Shown here: piece by piece, positions 34,981-61,144 of the stretch
Layout of the letters: each line of letters opens with the position of its first letter
Position numbering within the stretch: the first letter of the stretch is position 1
Position numbers and translations under genes: made by a program
The notes under the pieces: model-generated
Databases searched by the model: none
What the model was told of the DNA's origin: nothing
What the model saw: the letters and a program-made list of their open reading frames with translations, nothing else
Origin: Vicugna vicugna
Taxonomy: Eukaryota
Direction of reading: 5' to 3'
NCBI GenBank assembly: GCA_013265495.1
Contig: MU058423.1
Location: 2,681,061-2,745,060, forward strand
DNA: 64,000 nucleotides

Positions 34981-36593
34981 AGAAGAGACTAAAGCCCCAG
35001 GACCTCCCCTCTTAAACCTTGTGCACATTCTTTGTGCTACCAGCCCACTCTCCCAAGCTCACTGCACACAAACCCAGGTCCCAAACCGCTCTCTGCCCAA
35101 GACACCCCTTTAAGCCGTGCCTCTGCCAGCGAGCTGGCGCCCCTTCCCGGGCTGGCGGCCACGAAGCGATTCGCTTCCCAGTAGATCGAATAGGGTAGGT
35201 GCAGGGAGGTGGGTGCTGTGAATCAGAAGGGCAAAGGGAGGGGGTCTGTAGGATGTGCTGAAGGACACGGGAGTTGGAGTGGGGGAGGGCCCTCAACTCT
35301 TGTGCCTCCTGTGTGGGAAACCCACGCTGCCCTGATGCAGAACGGAGGGTTGGAGTGGCGTTGTCTGGGTTTGGGAGCACCTAGCTGAGCTGACCAAGAT
35401 CACCTGTCAGGATGACAGAAGGCTATCTCAGAGCCAGAGCCAGCCCCGGAACTGGGGTGGCCCCGAGGCTGCTGGTGTTTGCAGCATATCTGCTGATTCG
35501 TCTCTCCTCCTGAGAACTACAATCGATACCCTGTACCGCCTCTTCCCAAACCCTGGCTGGACCCTGACTCCATCCATCACTTTGGCTTCTTTTTCTAACG
35601 AATATTTTCCCTGCTGGAAGGGCTGCTACCAGTGCCTCGGCATAGGGAGATTTCTCTGTCATTTCATTTTCTCTGTCATTTCATCTGTCATTTTCCTTGC
35701 TAAGGCCTGGAAAATACCTTAATCATCCACCTCTTTCTTATTCTTAGCTGGTAGCATTCCTTCCCACCCTAACACAACCAAGAGACAAAAGCCTGGCCCC
35801 CAACCGATCATGTCAGAAAAGAGATACTAATTCTCTTTTCCCTCCTCAACCCCTCACACCTCACCCCATATTAATTCCTACATCAAAGGGGAAAACAAAT
35901 TGGAAGCAAGTAAGTCAAGGTTTGTGAGTTCAAGACCTCAGATTTTCTTCTCATTTTCACCCAGGAAAAGTTTAAGTACTTCAAGAATAACCTCTGAGGA
36001 CAGAGATTCTTACCCTGAGAACCATAGATGATTCCCCTAGGATGATTCCCAGGAACCTGGTGACATTGAATGTAATATTGTGCCCGTGTATTTTTCTAGG
36101 GAATGTAAATGTAGCATTTGACTGTCAGAAGAGGGACAGAGGTGCAAGTTTGTTCAACAAGAACCTTTATAGTTAATAGGGCAAAGCATGTGGCCCTCAA
36201 CTCCTGACAGGAAGCTTGTCTAGGTCACAGATGGTAGGGGAGCAAATGGAAACAGTATTGTGGAAGCCATTCTCTCTCACCTTTTGAGTTTGCTCTAAAT
36301 TTACTAATGAGTCTCGGTTAGTTTGGCCTAATTGGTGCCACCAAAAAAGATGTCACCAGACTAGGGCCTGCCACGAACAACTCCTCAGCCTACAGACTTG
36401 GTTGCTGGGGGTTGCAGAGTAGAGAGGAGTGCAGACTTTGTTGCTGGGGGGTGCAGCGTGGGGAGGAGTGGAATGATGTTTTAGTGGCAATGCTGATATT
36501 TCTCCAAGAACTTAAAGCAAGGGGAGGGAGAGGAAAAAAATCCCCAGAAGGGTTCCGGTCTTGGCTCCTTCATGGCAAATGCTTGAAGCACTG

Positions 36594-36599
36594 TTTATT
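36594..36599 (-). terminator. SYPL2: Candidate distal SYPL2 polyadenylation signal (AATAAA on minus); proximal candidate at 38827-38832
   Basis: TTTATT on the plus strand, downstream of the SYPL2 stop and upstream of the ATXN7L2 promoter. Confidence 0.5.
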
Positions 36600-39216
36600 C
36601 AAAGGTATGACAAGCACCAGAAAACAACATGCAACATTCTCCCCCAACCCCTGATCTGCAATCCCGGAAGTAGAACACCTATGACCATGATGGTGGTGGG
36701 AACTCATGTTCAGGAAAGGTCCTAAGTGGGCACTCTGGCAGGGTCAGAGTTTACCAGGGCAAAGGACAAGTGCCCTGCCAGTTGGACTCCTGCAGCAGCT
36801 GAGAAACCAGACACCTTTTCCTACCTCAGGCCCCACTAGGTAAAGTGGTACTGCCATCCCTGGTTGCAGGGGACATGAGTCCTATGAGGACAGCCCTGCC
36901 CTCAGCATTTGGCCCAGTCCAGCCCTCTGGAGGTAATGAGGTGAAATAGCCTTTCCTCTTAGGGTGGCCATGGAGAGAGGGGCCATAGCCTAAATCAAAG
37001 CTCTTCTGGCTGAGAACAAGCCAGCCTCTTGAAGAGGAGAAAGAACCTTCTCTGCTCTAGGGAGAGTTCTGGGCTACGAGTCCTTGGCAGGAGTGCCTAC
37101 CCACCCACCCCCTTTCCCTAGTTAAAGGGCCAGTTAGTAACTTCAGCCCTCAAATGAGAACACTTTATCCATCACATTTCAGATGAATTATAAATACGTA
37201 CACAGAATCCAAACACAGTTCCAGTAGAAGCTGCTCACAGACCCTCATAGGGGCCAGCCTGACAAAAAATGAAGGTCACCCCTTTGTTCTGTGTCTCTGG
37301 AGCTGTAGATAAAATTGTCCCCCCTTGTCCTTGAGTAACCATGGGGACAGCATAGGACAGAGAGAGGTTCAGATTTAGAAACACTCTCATCCCATCTCCT
37401 ATCTTCCCTCCTCAAATCCCTTCCCCCCAAATCTCAAAAACAAAACAGAACACCGAATTTTTCACTGAAGGACTCTGGAGCATTTGAAGATGTAAATCTC
37501 ACATCCCCTCTCAAGTGGGGAAACTCTGACCCAAAGAAGAAATGATTGGCTTGAAGTCAAAGGTCCTGCCACCTGGGTAGCCCAGTAATGCACACGTTAC
37601 TGTGGGTGGTGCTTCAGAGGTGAGGAGGTCGGAGGGGTTGACTCAGTCCTGAGGAGAGACTGGCACAGGGCACATTTACCTTTGGGATGATAAGCGGGCT
37701 AATCGGCACTGGATTGGAAAATGGCCAGATTCTTCTTCCTTCATTCATCCCTGGGCAGCACTATGGCCAGGGCAGGCCGAAGTGTTTGGAGCTGGGTGGG
37801 AGACAGATGGCCCTTATCCAGTCAGCAATGACTCTTTAGGCCCTGGGGTCCAGAGAGGGACTGAAGGAGGTGTCAGGAAGAGGAGACACACCAAAGACAA
37901 ATATGAAGCTGGGTCCCGAAGTGAAGAAGCACCAATAGCATCGGCCTGCCCTGGACTGGGGTGGGGTGTAGAGGGGCTAGAGCCTGGGAGAAATGAGGAA
38001 GCAGGGGAGGAATGGAGGGCAGAGGGAGAGGGCATTTTTTTTCATGAAGGTGAGAAGGGGAAGTATGAAACTGGGGCCAGAGAAGGAGTAGGGTGGGAAA
38101 AAAACAAGCAGAGAGTGAGGAAGAAATGGGCCCATCCATCCCTCCATGTCCTGGGGCTCTGGGGCAACTTAGACTCATGATGGTCCTTCTTTAACCCTTC
38201 CAAAGCCCCTATCTGGCTCCACAGGAATGAAAGGAAGGCCTGGACAGACTTCGAAAAGGATCTTGAATGCCTCAGACCCAAGAGGCTGGGGAAGGGAGAT
38301 GGACAGAGGTTGGAGGTGGGAAGGGCTGAAATGGAGATGCTCCTAGACCCCTCATCTTGTGTCCCAAGTGTGGGACCAAGCCCAAGAAGGACTGGGAGGA
38401 AAGTAAGGAGTTTGTTTCTAGGGCAAGTATGAGTTTATAGTGTTGGCGGAAATTGCCCCAGCCTGAAGGGGTGGGAAGACTAAGGGAATAGAAAAAACTG
38501 ATACCCCAGCAAGTTTCCTGGCTTCAGTTTCTTGAAGTTGCAAATCAGTTGCAATTTATCTGCTCCCCACTGAGTCTAGGCTTCATCTGAGACCCTTTGA
38601 AAGGCTATTTTCTTGGCTAGCTCGCCCCCTGGGTTCTCAAGTGATGGGCTCTGTGGGCAAACAGAGGCCAGAGAGTGGGGAACAGACTGAGCTCAGACTA
38701 ACTGGAGGTCAGTGTAGACACGGGAGCTTGATGACAGCCATTGAAGAGGGGTTGCTAAACCACTGGTGGGCCCTCCATGCAGGGGAGCAGGGAGAAGGCT
38801 GCCAGCCAATTCCCCCTCCCCCCACTTTTATTGAAGCTGAACAGATTGATAGAAGTGGCTGCTAGGAACCAGTCTCAGGTCTCCTGACCCCAACCTTGCC
38901 TGCAGCAGAGGCTGGTTCTCAGAGGCTGTGAGGGGACAAGTAAGACCCCAAGTAAGATGCCTGAGTCCACGCAGTAGACAAGAAGCACTGAGCTGCTGCC
39001 ATCCGGGGCTCCAGCAAGAGGAGGGATAGGAAGCCACTGGGAGGGCTGCCCAGGTTTCTGACAGCTGATGCCTGCCCATCCGTTGAAGGTGTCTCAAAGC
39101 TCAAAGCCCAGAATGATGGGGGAGGGGAGTTGGAGGAGGAAGAAGAGGGAGGTCCAGGAAGCCGGAGGTGGTTGAAGAGGTGCTGTCCTGTTCGGGAGTA
39201 GCTGGGTGGGGGCTGC

Positions 39217-50900
<11,684 letters not shown>

Positions 50901-52674
50901 TTATCTTTCGCAGTTTTTCTGGACTTGGAGCTGCTCTGCTCGGATTCTTCTTCCATAATACTAAGAACCTAAAGGATTCTCATAAAGGCATTATCAGTGC
51001 TGAAATAAAGCTCTAAAACTTTCGGTTAACAAACTGCTTGCTTCCAAAATCTTCAAGAGCCATTACAGACGAAAAGGCCAATAGAATATAAATGGCTTAA
51101 TTTTTGTTGTCTAGTTAGGCTTTGCTTTAATTTTTTAACAACAAAAGCCATTCGTATGTTAGTGATTTAAAAGTTACCAATCATTTAAAAGTATAAACTC
51201 AATCTCCTTTAAAATAGCCATCGTCGTTTAAATGGTCTTTGAGGAATAGGGGTCTCAGAAAGTGTAATTTGTACTGAAAAGTTGACGTTCTTGCGTAAGA
51301 TCCACTTTAAATCGGTCCCTAATTTTCAAAATGTGTTCCGCAGGAGCCCCAGTAAGTAATGATGAATATTACACATTCAGTTTGCCGCAGTGTAATTGTA
51401 ATTAGTGAAAGGTTAAGTGATTTGCCCAAGGTCACAGAGTGAGCCACTGGGGAAGAGGCCAGAGAACCTGCCTTCACCTTCTGAGAACTGGCTTGAAAAT
51501 ATATATCAGTCACCTCAGTCATTCTTGAAGGTCCCCTCATACTTCAGAATGACTGCTTTTTGAACATTTAGCTATCATTAATACAATTCGTTCCTCCACT
51601 AAGTAAGTGCCTTACAAGGTTGGGGTGGGGGAGTGGCTGGGGTCAGTCACCTGGACTTGAAGGAAACTTCTCCAGTGGACTTCCAGGCAAATCTAGGCTA
51701 AACAAGGAACAACTGAGTCCCCAATCCAGTTGGTAATAATTTTTTTTGCAGTGTCAGGTTCATTTTCTATGGAATAGGGATAATTTCTGTCCTTGTTTTA
51801 TAAGGTGATCATGAGGATTAAGTGGTATGTAAATGCCCGTGATACACAAATATGAAAGAATACTCATTACCAATGTCTATAACAGTATGCATATGGAATA
51901 CAACACAATAAGAAAAGAAACATAATAATACTGCAAAAATCCACATACCCACCAACCAGCCTTGTTAAATTTTAACACTCTGCCTTGTTTATCTCAATCT
52001 ATTCTTTAAAAACAAAATAAAAATTGCATATAAAATCAAACCCCTGCGTGTACTTTCGTATCATATATTGCTCCCTTCTTCCCTCCTCCCTAGAAGTAAC
52101 CATCCTATCCTGAATTTGTTATTAGCCTCATGCAAACTTTTAGTATTTTTTCTATATACATGACTATATCTAGGAATAATACATATTCACCATAGTATTA
52201 TTTTTCAAATTGTTTTAAACTTTATCTAAATAATATTATGTTTTAGGTAACTGTCCTCAACTTGCTTTTTTATGTAATGTTGTATTTATGAGAGTCATCT
52301 AGCCTGATGCATGTATCTTTAGTTTATTCCTTTCAGTGATATGGAATTCCACTACATACATTTACCACAGTGTATTCACATATCCTCATATTGATGGACA
52401 TTGAGGTTATTTCCAAATATCTACTCTCACAAACAGTGCTGTGTCGCGTGCGTATACATGTCTTTGTGTGCATGTGCCTAGGTTGCTACAGTGCACTACA
52501 TTACCAACCTTCTCCTTGTTTTAAAAACAAACCCTGGTTAAGAAATAAAATTTTACATCAGGACTCATTCTATTTTTAAATCAAAAAAATTTTTTTAATT
52601 CTATAAACTGAAACATTTTCAAAAAAAGCTCTCATGTTTTCTATTTCATTTCATTAAAAAAAATTCTGATCTTT

Positions 52675-52847
52675 CAGAGGTAGATCCAGGTTACATGGGG
52701 ACTGAAGTTTATGTAATTGGGGGCGTCCTTTAGAAAAAGAGTACAAAATTATAAATATAAATGTAGTAACCAGGCCTTGGAAGAAGTTTTGCAAGTGAGA
52801 GGGCCTGAAGCTTAAGTTTCATTAGTTTCAGGGTAAATACTCCTCTG
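52675..52847. mobile_element. MER53-like DNA transposon relic
   Basis: Inverted termini CAGAGG...CCTCTG; internal GGGCCTGAAGCTTAAGTTTCATTAG. Confidence 0.55.
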
Positions 52848-52974
52848 GGTAGACACATTAGATTGATTTAACAATTCACTTAAAATAATGGGTCTCTACC
52901 AGCAGTTTGACAAACATCGCCTTATACCTAGAAGTGAGCTGGCTATGTCGAAAGATGTTAACATTTCAACTTTG

Positions 52975-53322
52975 AGTTTTAATAAATGTATATACCCATG
53001 TAAACAACCACAATCAACGTAAACATTTCTATCATTCCCAAGTTTCCCTCCTGCCCTTTTGCAGTCAATCCCCAGGCAACCACTGATCCGCTTTTTGTCG
53101 TTATAAATTAGTTTTGCTTTTTCTAAAATTTCAGATCAATGGAAGTATACAGTATGCACTCTTTTGTGTCTGGCTTCTTCCACTCAGCATGATGTTTTTG
53201 AGAGTCATCCATACAGTTGCACTTCTCCGTAGCTTGCTCTTTTTTGGTCCTGAGTAGTGTTCAATCATATGAAATATGATCCATCACTGTTTATTCTTCT
53301 GCCAAGGTACATGTGGGTTATT

Positions 53323-53353
<31 letters not shown>

Positions 53354-56300
53354 CTATTATGAGTAGAGCTGCTAAAAACATTTTGTATAGGATTTTGAGT
53401 GAACAAAGTTTTTTTTTCTAGGATAAATATCCCAAAGTGGTATTTCTAGATTATATGTCTAGCTTTATTTGAAAATACCAAACTGTTTCCCAGAGAGGCT
53501 GTACCATATTACTTTCTCACCAGCAATGTATTCCAGGGGCTTTGTGTCTTTTTCAGAACGTGGTGCTGTTAGGGTTTTTTGTTTTGTTTTGTTTTTAAGC
53601 CATTCTGACAGGTATATAGTGGTACCTCATTGTCATTCTAATTTGCATTTCCCCCAAAGCTAACAGTGTTGAACATTGTTTTTGTGCTTATTTGCCATCT
53701 TTGTATCTTCTCTGGCAAAGTGTCTCTTCAAGATCTTTGCCCATTTTAAAAACTGGGTTGTTTGTTTCTTGCAACTGAGTTCTGAGAATTCTTTACATAT
53801 TCTGAATGCAAGTCCTTTGTTGGCTATGTAACTTGCAAATATTTGCTCCCAGTCTGTAGTTTGTCTTTTCATTCTCTTAAGTGTCTTTTGCAGAGCACAA
53901 GTTTTACATTTTGGTGAAGTCTAATTTATCTTTTTTAAAAATGGATCATGATTTTGACATCGTGTCTAAAAACTCTTTTGCCTAACCCTAAGTCATATAT
54001 ATTTTCTCCTATGTTCTATTCTAAATGTTTATAATTTTATGCTTTACATTTAGATATTTTTTAGTTATTTTTTGTATAAGGTATTAGATTTAGGTCAAGG
54101 TTAGTTCTTTCTTTCTCCCTCCCTTCCTCCTTCTCTTTCCTTTCCTTTCTTTCTCGCTTTCTTTCTTTTTTGCTTTCTTCCTCCCTCCCTTTCTTTCAGT
54201 TGGCCATATTTGTATGAGTTTCTTTCTTCCTTTCTTGGCATGTAGACGTCCAATTGTTCTAACATTTTTTGAAAAGACTATTCTTTCTCCATTTAATTGC
54301 TTTTGCACTTTTATAAAAAAAAATCAGTTGGCCATATTTGTATGAGTCTATTTCTGGACTCTCTATCTAATGTATGTATTTGTGCCTTTGCCAGTATCAC
54401 ACTGTGTTGGATACTGTAGCTTTAAAGTAAACCTTAAAATAGGGTGATATAATTCCTCCAACTTTAGTCTTCTTCAAAATTGTTTTAGCTATTCTAGTTT
54501 GTTTGCCTTTCAAAATAAAATTTAAGATCAGCTGGTCTATATCTTCAAAAAATCCTACTGGGATTTTGATTGGGATTGCATTGAATCTATAGCTCAATTT
54601 AGGCAAAATTGATATCATTACTATGTTGCATTTTCCAATCCATAAACACAGCATGCCTCTTCATGTATTTAGGTCTTCTTTGATTTCTTTCACCAGCATT
54701 TGCAGTTTTAAGCATACAGATCATGTACATGTTTTCTTAGATTTATACCTAAGTATTTAATTTTGGGGGAGCCATTATAAATCATATTATATTAAATTTA
54801 AGTGTCCATTTGATAACTGTTAGTACATAGAAATATGATGGATTTTTTTTTCTGTTGACCTTGTATCCTGTGACTTTTCTAAACTTGTCGTTTAGTTCTA
54901 TGAGTTTTTTTGTAGGTTCCTTGAGATTTTTTATGTAGACAATTGCAAATAGGGAGAGTTTTATTTCTTCCTTTATTTTCCTTGCCTTATTGCACTGGGT
55001 AGGACTTTCAGTACAATGTTGAGTAGGAATGGTGAGAGTGGATATTATTGCCTTGTTCCTGATCTTAGGGGAAAGTATTCAGATTTTCACTGTTTAGTAT
55101 GATGTTAGCTCCAGGTTTTTTACAGATGCCCTTTATCAGCTTGTGGAAGTTCCTTTCTATTCCCAGTTTGCTGAGAATGGATGGATTTTGAATTTTGTCA
55201 AATGCCTTTTCTGTATCAATTGATAATGGTCATGTGTTTTTTCTTCTTTGGATAGTTAGTATGGTAGATTACACTGATATCTTTTTTAGAATTTTTAAGG
55301 GATATATACATACATTTATATATAAAGATATTATATACGAAATACACATAAATTTAAAAAATAAAGTATATTATATATATAAAAATTAAGTATGTATAAA
55401 TATATACACTAAAATGAAATATATATATATATATATACTTTATTTTTAGAGAAGTTTTAGGTTCACAGCAAAATTGGGCAGAAAGCGCAGGGAATTCCCA
55501 CCTCCCCATCCCTCCCTTCATACAGCCTCTCCCATCACCATGATCCTGAATCAGTGTGCTGCATCTATTTGTTATAATCGATGAACCAACACTGACACAT
55601 AATATCAACCAAAGCCCAGTGTTGGGTTGGACTTAGTGTTTACTCTTTGTATTAAATAGTCTATGAATTTTGACAAATGTATAATGACATATATTCACCC
55701 TTATAGTATCATACAGAAAAATTTCACTACCCTAAAAATATCCTGTTTTACTTATTCATCCCTCACTCCCTCCCCGCAACCCCTTTTCTAGAATATCGTG
55801 TGGTTGGAATCATCCAGTATGTAGCCTTATAAGATTGGTTTCTTTCACTTAGTAATATACATTTAAGGTTCCTCTTTGTCTTTTCATGACTCAGTAGCTC
55901 ATTTCCTTTTAGCACTAAATAATAGTCCATTGTCTGAATGTACCACAGTTTTGTGTATCCATTCACCTACTGCAGGGCATCTTAGTTGCTTCCAAGTTTT
56001 GGCAATTATGAATCAAGCTGCTACAAACATCAACATGCAGGTTTTTGTGTGGATGTAAATTTTCAGCTTATTTGGGTAAACACCAAGGAGTGTGACTGCT
56101 GTATTGTACAGTAAGAGTATATTTGATTTTATTAAAAAACTGCCAAACTATCTTCCAAAGTGGTTGTACCATTTTGCAGTCCCATCAACAGTGAGTGAGA
56201 GCTTCTGTTGCTCCATATCCTTGTCAGCATTTGGTGTTCTCAGTATTTTGGATTTTAGCCATTCTAATAGGTTCGTAGTGGTATCTTGTTTTAATTTGCA

Positions 56301-57135
56301 ATTCCCTAATGACACAAGTTGAGCCTCTTTTCATACACTTACTTGCCATCTGTATCTCTGGTGAAATGTCTGGATCTTTTCCTCATTTTCAAATCAGGTT
56401 GTCCATTTTCTTATTGTTGAGTTTTAAGTGTTCCTTACACATTTTGGATAACAGTACTCATGTCTTTTGCAATTTTTTTCCTCTCACTGTTTGGTTTGTC
56501 TTATTTTCTTGACAGCGTTTTTTGCATAGTAGAAGTTTTTAATTGTAATAAAGTCTGACATAAATTTTTTCTTTCATAAGTCATGCCTTTGGTGCTGTAT
56601 TTTAAAAAGTCATCACCAAACACAAGGTCATCTGGATTTTCTCCCATGTTATCTTCTAAGAATCTTGTAGTTTTGCATTTTACATTTAGGTCTATGATCC
56701 ATTTTGAGTTCACTTTTGTGCAGAGTGTAAAGTCTGTGTCTAGATTCACGTCTTTAGCATGTGGATGTCCAGTTGTTCCAGCACCATTTGTTGAATAACC
56801 TATCTTTTCTCCATTGAATTCCCTTTTGCTTCTTTGTCAAAGATCAAATGACTGTATTTTTGTGGGTCTATTGACTGATTTTTGACTATTGAACCAGTCT
56901 TGAATTTTTGGTCATGCTGTGTTATTCTTTAAATATATTCCCTAATATATATGTATATATTATATATTGTCAAATTCAATTTTCTAGTATCTGTTAAGAA
57001 TTTTTTGCATCTATATCCATGAGGGCTATTGGTCTGTAGTTTTCTTTTTTGGACTTTCTTTGTTTGGTTTTGTTATCCAGGTAGGTAGCCTTCTAAAATG
57101 AGTTGGAAAATGTTCCCTTCTCTTTATGTTTTCTT
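52975..57135 (-). mobile_element. Degraded L1 (ORF2 3' part + 3' UTR) interrupted by a second nested L1 (about 55290-56870)
   Basis: ORF2-like remnants: [28 protein letters not shown] (54397-54654), MKRQTTDWEQIFASY (53660-53872), TKVNSKWIIDLNVK (56501-56749). Many stops and frameshifts. Confidence 0.9.
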
Positions 57136-58036
57136 GAGAGCTACTGCTTTTTAAAAAGCTGAAGCTGTGTTCTAGCTAAAACAACTGTACATTCAAGTTA
57201 ATATCACTCTCTCGAGCATTTTTTTTTAATCCATGAAATTATTCCACACAGATATTTCATTTTTCAAAAAAATGTGCCTGTTAGGAGCAGAGACACCCTA
57301 CACAAGGAGGCTGACCACTTGCCAAATTTCTGTCCTAATAAATTTTTGTTTCTTTGTTTATTTTAGATTATCTTGGGAGATCCTAAAGACTTCTTGGACT
57401 TTTGGTAAAATGACTTCTACTACCTGGAATCCTAATTCTGTTGCATTTGGATGTATAAATAATTTGCAAAGGCCTAAAACATTTAAAAACCACTTAATTT
57501 TCATACATATTTCAGAAAAAAAAAGTTCAAGGGAAGAAAAATATATGTGTGTATATATTTGTATATATGTAAATAATCAATGGCTGTTATTATAATGAAA
57601 AATAAAAACTATGACAATTATTGTGTGAAACAATGATTTAAAAGATTTCTATTTTTTTTCTGGAAAAAAGTGACACAGAATAAAGATCCTTACATGAACA
57701 ATGGCACAGAAGTGTGAACTGCTGAGGGATGTTGGTAATCAGCAAACACTTCTATTTGCTCTGAAAATCAGATGTATGAAGGGGCATAGTGGCAAATAAA
57801 ATTGGAATGGCAGTTGGGGCTAAGGGCCTTAAGTGATAAGCACTTTAGTAAGACTTTATTGATTACTCCGTCAGATTTTGAGCAGAAGAGGTGATAAAGC
57901 ATAGTGGTTAAGGACTCAAGTACAGTCAGGAAGATCCAGACCTAGTTCCAGACCTAGTTCTGCCATTTAGTAGCTATGTTTTCTTTACAAGAGACTTAAT
58001 CCTGAACTTCTATTTTCTTATCTACAGAATTGGGTT

Positions 58037-58167
58037 GGAGGGAGGATATAGCCCAGTGGTAGAGTGTGTGCTTAGTATGCACGAGGTCCTGGGTTCAATC
58101 CCCAGTACCGCCATTAAAACAAACAAACAAACCTAATTTCTCCCACCCCCTGAATTTAAAAAAAGAA
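58037..58167 (+). mobile_element. tRNA-derived SINE (Vic-1-like) nested in a MIR
   Basis: TATAGCCCAGTGGTAGAG...GGTTCAATCCCCAG followed by an (AAAC)n tail. TSD AATTGGGTT at 58028-58036 and 58168-58176. Confidence 0.88.
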
Positions 58168-59569
58168 AATTGGGTTAATGATGGTACTTACTACAAAGAG
58201 CTGTTATGAAGATTAAATAAGATAATAGAGAGAGAGCCTAGTGTCTGGCAGATAGCAAATATTCAATAAATGTTAATGACTACCTGATAGAACTGTGCTT
58301 CAGGAATATTAGTCTGGCAGCAGTGTGTATAAGTGATGTAAGTACATGGCTTTCTTTCTTAAAACAGAACAAGAGCCTTCCAAGTTTTGTGCCAAGAATA
58401 TTTCAGGAAGTTGAATCTCTAGGTGGAATGGCATGTCTCTGAAATTAAATTAACGAGATTTAGAGGCTACTCTGACTGAAGGTCAAGGTAGAGGGAGTCA
58501 TGACTGCATTACCGTTTTCTATATACAAGTGTATGCTGTGCTATTTTTAAGAACCGAAATTCAGGTATTTTTGTCAGTGTCGTACTATTATTTTAGACAT
58601 TGGTTGGCAGGTTTCTATACTCTTCTTAGCTCCCCTTCAAACTGTCCTTCCTTCTCCTGCTCTAATCTCCTCCTCCTCACTATCCCAAGCCCTTCCATCC
58701 CCTCTTTACCACCCAGTTCCAGTAACTCTTCCAAACTTCTTCATTCTCCACTACACTCTCTCAGCAAAAATGCTGAGCAAAGAGTAGACAGGAGGAGCCT
58801 TTGAAGTAGGAAATCTCCCTGCAGGGGATGGAGAAGAGTGAGACCCAGTTAGGACCATCTCTTTTGGGCTCACAGGAGAGAAGTCATTTTCAGTCAGAGG
58901 CAATAGTCCTGAAACCTCTATTGGTTGCTAAACCGGGCAGGAAAGCCTGGAAGCTCTTCCAGAGTAGGTCCATCAGAGCTGATGTACGTGTGTGGGTGTG
59001 TTGGGTATGGGTGGAGGAGCGGACAAGTTGCAGAAAGCAGCAGAGCCTGTAGTGGCCAGAAGGATATTTCTAATGTGTTTATAATTTTTAAATTTTAAAT
59101 GTGTCAATAACATTTAGTCACATTAATTTTTTTAACTTCATAAATTCTAAACATGTAAAAAATATCCAGTATTTTGGCTTTGTAGGAAATTAAAACAGAA
59201 AAACATTAATAATATAAATTTGCTCTAGAATTGTAAGTACTCACTAAAAGAGGAACCAAAGATGGTTTTAAGTGCGAAAGACACTGAGGAAAGTTATAAA
59301 AATAGGCAATATCACATCAGGACTATCAAACATTGTCCTGTTCTGTAAAATAGGATGTCACGATTTGGATCGCAAATTGATTTCTTTCTTTGTCTTAAAT
59401 TAGAGAGAGAGAGAGAGAGATTTTGCTTTCCTTTGGTGTCGGCACCAAGTACCAAAATATTGGATTTTATTTCATTAAGTATTCAGAATTCATAACACTT
59501 TTTAAAAAATTAGTGAAACTGTTGCTAATTCACAGCAAAAACTCTCTTCTGTTGTTGCTTCTAATTTGA

Positions 59570-60115
59570 TCAGAAAAACAAATGAATTAGTTAAGTGTAG
59601 ACACCTGACTCAAAGAGGCTTAAGCAAAAAAGGTATTTTATTGCCTCCTGTAACTGAAAAATCCAGGAGTTTTAGTCATGGCTGGTTCCAGGCGTCCAAA
59701 TGATAACATCAGAATGGGTTCCCTTCTCTGCCTCTGTCTTTGTATCTCTCCTCTGCTTTCCTCTCTATGTTGGTTTCATTTACCAGCTGGATTCTCCCCC
59801 ATGATAGCCCAACGTCAGCCTGGCCTTACACTTTTATAACCTAGCAAGCCCATAAGAATTGCAGGCAAAGTTCCGGGTAGGGCTCTCAATAGCTCAGATT
59901 GGACAACATTCCAACTTCAGAATCAATCATGGTATGGCCAGGGGACTGGCCAGATCTTTGTCATGTGCTCATTCTTGGACCTTGTAGGTAGTATCAGTCC
60001 TATCAAAATCATGAAACTGTAAGTTAGAGAACTAGTTTTCCCAAAGGAAAATCAGGGTGATTTGCCTAAGTAAGAAAGGATAGTGAACATGCAAAAACAA
60101 CAGATGATCACTACA
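59570..60115. mobile_element. Old MLT1-type LTR relic
   Basis: TTATTGCCTCCTGTAACTGAAAAATCCAGG...GTCATGTGCTCA pattern. Confidence 0.45.
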
Positions 60116-61144
60116 TCAGATAACAAACCTGTTAGAACTGCATCTAGAATCATGGCAAATTGGCTCTAAGTGAGGATCAAAGAATGTTCCCCATAAATAA
60201 AGTCCATGGACTCTGGTGTATAAACTTCATGATGTCATTTTGGTAGTTTCAAGTGGTTTTTCAGAGCTGAGGGCATAGAAATGTTCTTTTGCAGAGTCAT
60301 CTTCTTTGTCAGCTCTTTAAGTGTGGACATCTCTTAGGGTTTTCTCTCTGAATAATTAAGTTGTCACATAAATGATCTCTGGAGATGCGCTGTACCATAA
60401 TCTGACAAGCTGTATTTCTCTCAGAATTGCACCAGCAAATCATTAGGCTGCAAAGAGACCCTCATAGAATATTTAAGCCACCTGGAGTACAGACAGAACA
60501 ACTCTTAAGTATTTAAGAACTAGAGAACTGGGATTGCTTTCCAGAATGCAGCTAATTTTCAAAATGAGGAGTCGGTTAAATAAATATCAGCTGAATACCT
60601 TCCATTTTTTTTTATTACTTCCGCAATATTCATTTTCCCATTTTTTCCAACAGCAGTACTCAGATTTTGCTTTATTTATGACCAAATGGTTTAGGTGAGA
60701 TAAATCCTACCTCTGATTTTAGATGGTTCTAATTGACTTATGGCAATATTTCTGGTCATAGTAATTCACTCAAGGATGGAATATGATCCAATTTAGGCCA
60801 ATTATATTCAATTCTTGAACATCTATTTGAATGAACAAGAATCTCTCCCTCTTAATTGGATGTAAAATCACAAGTCCATAGCTTCAGGAACTTCAGTAGC
60901 TTCAGCTACTGGCAACCATCCTGTACCAGGAAGGGAGTTTGCTGAGAATGAAACCAGTCTCAAGAAAAACTGGAAGAGAAAACCCAGGTCCTAGTCACAT
61001 TATTTGGGTTGCTGGATCAAGCCATGCCTAAAGCCATATACTTGTGGACTTTTTGGTAATGTGCACCAATAAATTCCCTTTACTTTTTAAAGTCAGTTTC
61101 AGTAGGAGTCTCTGTTACCTGTTATTCTAACACAAACCCCAATT

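Noticed and set aside
53660..56749. Reverse-transcriptase-related ORFs as an active element or novel RT system
   Set aside because: Short, stop-riddled remnants of ancient L1 ORF2.
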